Source of the DNA: Eledone cirrhosa
Lineage: Eukaryota
Direction: 5' to 3'
DNA: 64,000 nucleotides
Assembly (NCBI GenBank): GCA_964016885.1
Contig: OZ024741.1
Location: 68,076,001 to 68,140,000 of the forward strand
In this document: positions 58,284 through 64,000 of the stretch, piece by piece
How positions within the stretch are numbered: position 1 is the stretch's first letter
How the letters are laid out: every line of letters starts with the position of its first letter
Made by a program: the position numbers and the translations under genes
The notes under the pieces: model-generated
Databases searched by the model: none
Seen by the model: only the letters and a program-made list of their open reading frames with translations
What the model was told of the DNA's origin: nothing

Positions 58284-61200
58284 TTACAGATATATACTCA
58301 GAGTCGGCCCATTCACTCGGGCCATTCTTGCTTCTCTCACCCATCTTTCAACAAAATGCTGGGAAGAGAGAACTTCCTTCTCTACTCTGATTTTCCTTTT
58401 CAAATGAAATTTGAAAAAGTCAATCAGAGCATCACCGAAGAGGTAAGTGCTCGTCTTCAGCCCTTTCAAACGCGTCCACCATACTATCTCTTTCGCCATG
58501 GCCACCAGACAGATAAAAACTGCCTGCCCTTCCCGGCTAAAGGAGGAGGGCGGGGCAATCCTCACGATAGACTCAGATGATAGCTGGATCCGTCCTAAAC
58601 GCGACAGCAGGTGTTCGACATAAACCCACAAGTCAGCAATTTTCGGACACTGGACGAGTGCGTGCAGGACGGTTTCGTCGCCCTGCGCGCATCTCGGACA
58701 TGCCCGGCTGACGGCACCTCCATGCCTGTAGAGTTTATCCCGAACTGGCAAGGCTCCTCGGTAGCACTGCCAGGCCAGAGATTTCTGGAAGTTGTCCATA
58801 GGCCCCGGCCCGAAAGTTCTTCCGAAGAGATTGGCTAGTTGATTTTCGTCGACGCCTAGAGTTTCCCCAAGTACGTCGTCGCTCTTCCCCTCCACTAATC
58901 CTCTATAGAACGCCGAGGTGGAGTTTCCACCGATCGCATTGCCCGATTGGTCGAGGGCTGTGAGCGCCTGAAGACATTCCAGTCTCCAGGCGCTCCCTCT
59001 CGGTCTTCGCTTGACCCAGGACTGCAGCTCCGTCAAGGAAACGAGCTGGGGAAAAACGCGTCTAGCAAACGGCGACCACACCTGATCACCGTCGAGGAAG
59101 AGGTGGAGATGTCGTAGCCTGAGCGCGTGCCTGCGCATCATCAGCCACGGCATGCCCAGCCCTCCACGTAGCGGGTGTTGACAACAGATGGACCGCCTGA
59201 CCATCGGAGCACGTCCCTTCCACAAAAAGCGAAAGAGCAAACGCTCCAGCGCAGTCAGGCGAGGCTTAGGACAAGGTACGACGGTCAGGCGGTAGTAGAT
59301 GACGGATGCGATGTACGCATTCGCCACCTCCGCTCGACCTTTTAGGGATAGCTTCCTCTCGGCCCATTTCTGGGTGAGAGAAGCCACCCTGCTCGTCACC
59401 TCGTCCCAGTTTTTGTCCGTCTGGAGGTCTGGACCGAACCAGACCCCTAGCAATTTAACCGGTCCGTCCGTCCAGCGCCCGACGACGCTGTTGGACGGCA
59501 TGGACCTGCCTCTCCAGGTGCCGAGCTGCAGGCCCACTGACTTTTCCTGGTTGATCATTGCTCCTGTCACCGCTTCGTATTCTCTTAGTGTAGTGCCGAT
59601 CGCCTCGATGTGTTTGGCGTTCGACACCACTACGGTGACATCGTCCGCATATGCTGACACGGATCTTCCGCATCCTAGTTCGCGCGGGACTCCCCTCAAC
59701 GTCTCCAGTTTGTGCAGTAATGGCTCGAGAGTCAATACGTACAAGAGGGACGAGAGGGGACATCCTTGGCGGACCGAGCGCATGATGTTGAACGGTTCCG
59801 ACAGGTGACCGTTCACTCTCACCACAGAGCAGATGTCGCTGTGCATGGCAGCGATCCAGCCTCTGAAGACGGGCCCAAAGCCAGCCGCCCTCAGGACTGC
59901 CGCTAGGTAACGCTGGTCGACCCTATCGAAAGCTTTCGACTGATCTAAATTGATCAAGGACCCACCCGTGCCAGGTTCCCTAGCTACCCTCTCTACGATG
60001 TATCGCATGAGGTGGAGGTTGTCGTGGATGGATCAGTCGGGAATGGCGCATGTCTGCGCCTCTCCCACCAGACCACCAACGACAAGCGCCAACCTCTTTG
60101 CTAGCACCTTGGCCAAAATCTTAAACTCTGTGTTTAGCAGAGTTATGGGCCGGAAATTGTCTATGTTATCCCCCTTGTTCGGATCCTTTCTCAGCAGTGC
60201 CACCGCTCCTCGGCTCACAGAACTGGGAATTCTCCCGTTCTGTTGCCAGTTGCAGTAGACGTCCGCCAAGAGGCCTCCGAACAAGTCTGGCATCTGTACG
60301 TAAAGTTCATAGGGCAGACCATCCAAACCAGGCGATTTACCCCTTGTGCAGCCAGTCATTGCCTCCCGTACTTCAGCGGCTGTTATCGGCTTTTCGCAAC
60401 ACTTCGCCTCAGTGGCCGAGAGCCGCGGCAGTCCGTCGAGGTAGACACTAAAGTCCATCCCTCTACCCGGCCCCCCGCTGCCCCCGAACAGCTGAGCGAA
60501 GTGTCGCTGAAAAGCTTCACACATTTGCCCGGGATCGAGTAGCATGCGCCCGTCGTGGTCCACCAAAGACCGGATCGTGGCTTTGTTGCCACGACGCGCC
60601 TCCGCCACTCAGGCCCATTGAACGGCTTTCGTCCCCTCGTGTCTGAGAGCACGCACCCTAGATCTGACAACGCAGCCTTCGTGCTTTGCATTGAAGAATT
60701 GGTCAAGGGCCAATTTCGCCGCAAGCACGTCGGTCGCAATGCCTTTGCTAAGCGCCTCGTCTAATTTTCTAACTAGTTCTCCCTCTGCTCTATTTTTCTC
60801 TATTGCTAAAGCCTTACTAAACCTGATCGATTCTATTCTAATCGCTCTTTTCAGAGCAAACCACCACTTGTTGTTGACGATGGACCCCGTCAACGCCCGC
60901 TTAACTAGTTCGCTAATCCGGTCTCTGTAGGCCTTGCGCGCTGGTAAGGACGCGTTTAGCTTCCAGTAGCCGGGTCCTCGTCTATGAAGCCTATCTAAGT
61001 CAAGCACACAGGTCACGAATTTGTGGTCCGTGTAGCTGACTATCTTGAATTGTGGACAGCCTATGCTAGACCTATCTATTTCCCTACAAAATACTCTATC
61101 TAGATATGATCTGGATGACCCTATGCGGTTTGTCCAAGTCCACATTGGCACATTCGGGAAATCCAATCGGTACCTGTCAGACAGTTCAAAACGCCTGAGC

Positions 61201-61703
61201 AGGTTGGTGAGGCTCTTGCACCCTCCACCCCTATCCGCTAATCCCACACAGTCCCAGCGTGCATCTAAGATCCCGTTCCAGTCGCCCACTAACACTAAAG
61301 AGCGGGACGTTCCAAGAAAGGTCTCCAGACGCCGGAAGAAATCAGGCCGCCCTGCTCCTGTCGGGGCATAGACGGCCACTAGCCTGAAAGCTTGCCCGTC
61401 TCCGCTGGTCACGTCCAGCACCACCAGCTTACCCTCTGGGTCCAGGAAGATGGCCCGTATGGCGAGATCCAAACCTCTCCGAAAAAGCACAGCAACTCCT
61501 CCACCCGATCCAGGACGGCTGGGAGATGCGTACACATCGTAGCCGCCGAAGATCGGTGCGAAGGCCCGTGCTTCGGAGATTCTGGTCTCGCTGATGGCCA
61601 CTACATCTATGTTTAGTGACCTGAGGTCGTTGAGCAGGTGACCCTGCTTCCATGACGACCCCAAGCCACGCGCATTTATGCTGCCTATTCTGAGTGAGGT
61701 CAT
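58284..61703 (-). pseudogene. ORF2 with premature stop codons near 60609 and 60033
   Basis: Split into 364, 191 and 574 aa pieces that match the 42371-45790 protein. Confidence 0.9.
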
Positions 61704-61738
61704 GTTTAAAATAGAGTGGAAAAGATGGGAAAGACCAC

Positions 61739-63832
61739 TTACCGTACTTTTGGTAGAGGAGGGATGGTTTTTACATCCCTTTTCACTTGATCGTCTGGTG
61801 AAGGGACCGTTGAATCGTCCCTACGGCTGGTCGTCGGCTCTTCTAAGAGAATGTCTGAATATACTCTTCGATTGATGCTTCCCCCTAGGTCCCTGAAATC
61901 ACCAACTGCGTTGGGGAATTTCGTTTTAATGTTTGTGTATTGTTTCTGTGCTATTTTTAGCAGTCTTATGTTAGTTGGCGTTTTGATTGGTGCTGGTATT
62001 ATGTAGTCCTGTTGTGAAATGTCTGTGTGTTCAATTATGTAAGTCATTAGTTTCTTGTTGTGTGTGTTTATTGCCGTGCATTTGTTTTTCTGGGGGTGGG
62101 GTGTGGTTCTGCTATTTTCTTGTCGTTGTTGCTGGGTGTGTGTGTTTTGTTGTTGTGTTTGCGATGTTGGTGCTTGTGGTGGTGGTGTTGAAGGTGTTGT
62201 TGGCGGTGGGGTTGTCGCCGGTGGCGATGGTGGTGCTGGTGTGGGTGGTGATGGTGTTGGTGGTGTTGCTGCTGTGGGTCTCTTTGCAGTAGACTTTACC
62301 CTTTTCTCATTTCTTTCCTCCCTTTTCAAAGGCGACGATGCGCTGCTTCTGCGTTTGTGCCTTCTTGCGACCTTTTGCCATCCCTCTCCCACCTCACACT
62401 CCATGTCTGATTCTGTAAGGTCGGGGAGGGGTACCAGCTCCACTCTTTCACTTGTTGTTGTTGGTGATGTTTGCACTGGAGTCTCTGTTGCAGCTGCATT
62501 TGGTATTGCTGTTGTTGTTGTTAATATTTCCACTGCTGCTGCTGTCTTTGATTTCCGTGGAGTGGGTATGGGTGCCACGGACCTATCGTTCCTGGTTGCC
62601 GCTTGTCCTGTTGCTGGTAGCCGTGGAGCCGGATTCGGAAGGAGGGGGGTTTTCTCCTTTCTCAGGGTCTTCTCGTTGCAGAAGGCCCTGAGGTGAGTCT
62701 TCGATCCACAGCGAAAGCATTTCGGGCGTTTGCCCTCAACACTTATGGGCAGTTGAGTGCCGTTATCGAAGTCTATCACATCCGGGATAGCTTCGATGCA
62801 CTCCTGGTTGGTTTGGATTAGCATCTCAATGGAGGAGCCGACCCAATCTTCTCTTACTTTTTTCTGTACTTGCAGTACAGTTGTTTTGTCCTCGATTCCG
62901 ACGAGGACAGACGCGGCCAGCCAAGAAGGGGTCATTCCGGGGGGGACGTGGGTCAGTTTGACCCTCACAATTTTTTGCCCGCAGTAGGAGGGCACCAACA
63001 CCATTTCCTCGCTCCTTAGGGTCACTACTGATTGGGCCTTTGCCTCCTGGGGTGTGGCAAAAAGTACGTCTACGGTGGCGTATTTTTTGCCTCGGGTGAT
63101 GTGCGTTTTCCTCTGCCACACAGACCCCAAGGCTTTTTGTATTTGGGCCTCTGTGGCTCTTTCCACCCTACGGGATTTTGTACTTACTGTACGGTACGTG
63201 ACCGTACAGTGCTCTTGGGTTTCGAAAAAATTTTTCGCTGCCTTGCAGATTGCTCGGTGTCCGTTCTTTGTCACCATCTTCTTCGCTTCCTCTAATTCCT
63301 CATTTGTTATGAGGATTGTTTCCAAGTTTTTCGCAATACCTGCAAATGAGATTGGTTTTTCTCTGCTGTTGTTGTTGTCGTCAGAGCTGCTGGTACTTTT
63401 GTTGCTGCAGGTACTACGACTACTGCCTCCGCCGCTGTTGCTGTGGTTGTTGTTGGTGTTGCTGCTGCTAATGCTGTTGTTGTTTATGCTGCTGGTGATG
63501 CTGTTGCGGCTGCTACTGTTGTTTTCATTGTCACTGTTGCTGTTGTTATTACGGCTGCTACTGCTATTATTCCTGACGTCAGACGAATGAACTGGGTTTT
63601 CGTATTTCCCGCACACCTGTTTCGTCGCTGTCGTCGTCGTCGTGGAGAAACCTTGCACGCTTTGCACGAGACTTTTCTTTTCTTTCGTCGCTTGCGAAAG
63701 AGAAGGGAGGGAGAGAGACACATTTAAAGAAGGGAGGGAGAGAGACAATCTTCTCTCTGCTGTAGTGATGATTGAGGAAGAAGAAGACGGAATGAGTGGG
63801 AGTGACGTATGAAATTTCTTTTTGGTAGCCAT
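61739..63832 (-). CDS. LINE ORF1 (intact)
   Basis: Near-identical to 40248-42335; CCHC knuckle. Confidence 0.9.
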   Translation of the reverse strand: MATKKKFHTSLPLIPSSSSSIITTAERRLSLSLPSLNVSLSLPSLSQATKEKKSLVQSVQGFSTTTTTATKQVCGKYENPVHSSDVRNNSSSSRNNNSNSDNENNSSSRNSITSSINNNSISSSNTNNNHSNSGGGSSRSTCSNKSTSSSDDNNNSREKPISFAGIAKNLETILITNEELEEAKKMVTKNGHRAICKAAKNFFETQEHCTVTYRTVSTKSRRVERATEAQIQKALGSVWQRKTHITRGKKYATVDVLFATPQEAKAQSVVTLRSEEMVLVPSYCGQKIVRVKLTHVPPGMTPSWLAASVLVGIEDKTTVLQVQKKVREDWVGSSIEMLIQTNQECIEAIPDVIDFDNGTQLPISVEGKRPKCFRCGSKTHLRAFCNEKTLRKEKTPLLPNPAPRLPATGQAATRNDRSVAPIPTPRKSKTAAAVEILTTTTAIPNAAATETPVQTSPTTTSERVELVPLPDLTESDMECEVGEGWQKVARRHKRRSSASSPLKREERNEKRVKSTAKRPTAATPPTPSPPTPAPPSPPATTPPPTTPSTPPPQAPTSQTQQQNTHTQQQRQENSRTTPHPQKNKCTAINTHNKKLMTYIIEHTDISQQDYIIPAPIKTPTNIRLLKIAQKQYTNIKTKFPNAVGDFRDLGGSINRRVYSDILLEEPTTSRRDDSTVPSPDDQVKRDVKTIPPLPKVR

Positions 63833-64000
63833 GTTTTTTTGTTTAAAATGAAATTTTGGGTACAAAACCCCAATAACTGGTTATTTAACCCCGAAGGGCC
63901 AAATAACGGACAGAAAGACCCCTCTCACGAGGAGGAGGGTGTCTTTATCAACAGTTTGGTTCAAGTTTTAAACAATTTACAATTGTTTTAACGGTTAAAA

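Larger units (their letters stand above)
58036..64000 (-). mobile_element. Second copy of the (TTA)n-site Tx1 LINE, running off the window end
   Basis: Near-identical reverse complement of 40081-46052. Confidence 0.95.

Overview
Eukaryotic intergenic DNA, most likely cephalopod (Octopus-like), judged from the diagnostic tRNA-derived SINE and dense (TA)n/(CA)n/(GATA)n/(TAA)n microsatellites. No host gene is visible. The window is almost entirely retroelements sorted by microsatellite type. (TA)n tracts hold Penelope-like elements (GIY-YIG) and non-coding hammerhead-ribozyme (HHR) repeats. (GATA)n tracts hold one group of Tx1/L1-like LINEs, including a full-length copy with a 17-bp TSD. (TAA)n tracts hold a head-to-tail array of Dong/R4-like RLE retrotransposons plus a second Tx1 family in the opposite polarity. 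By eye I found about 14 type I hammerhead motifs from about 6 sequence families that the ORF track does not show. These include a 471-bp tandem retrozyme-like satellite with an octamer motif, a U3-A8 core-covariant HHR, and HHRs with very long stem II insertions. All RNA folds were read manually and need computational and biochemical confirmation.
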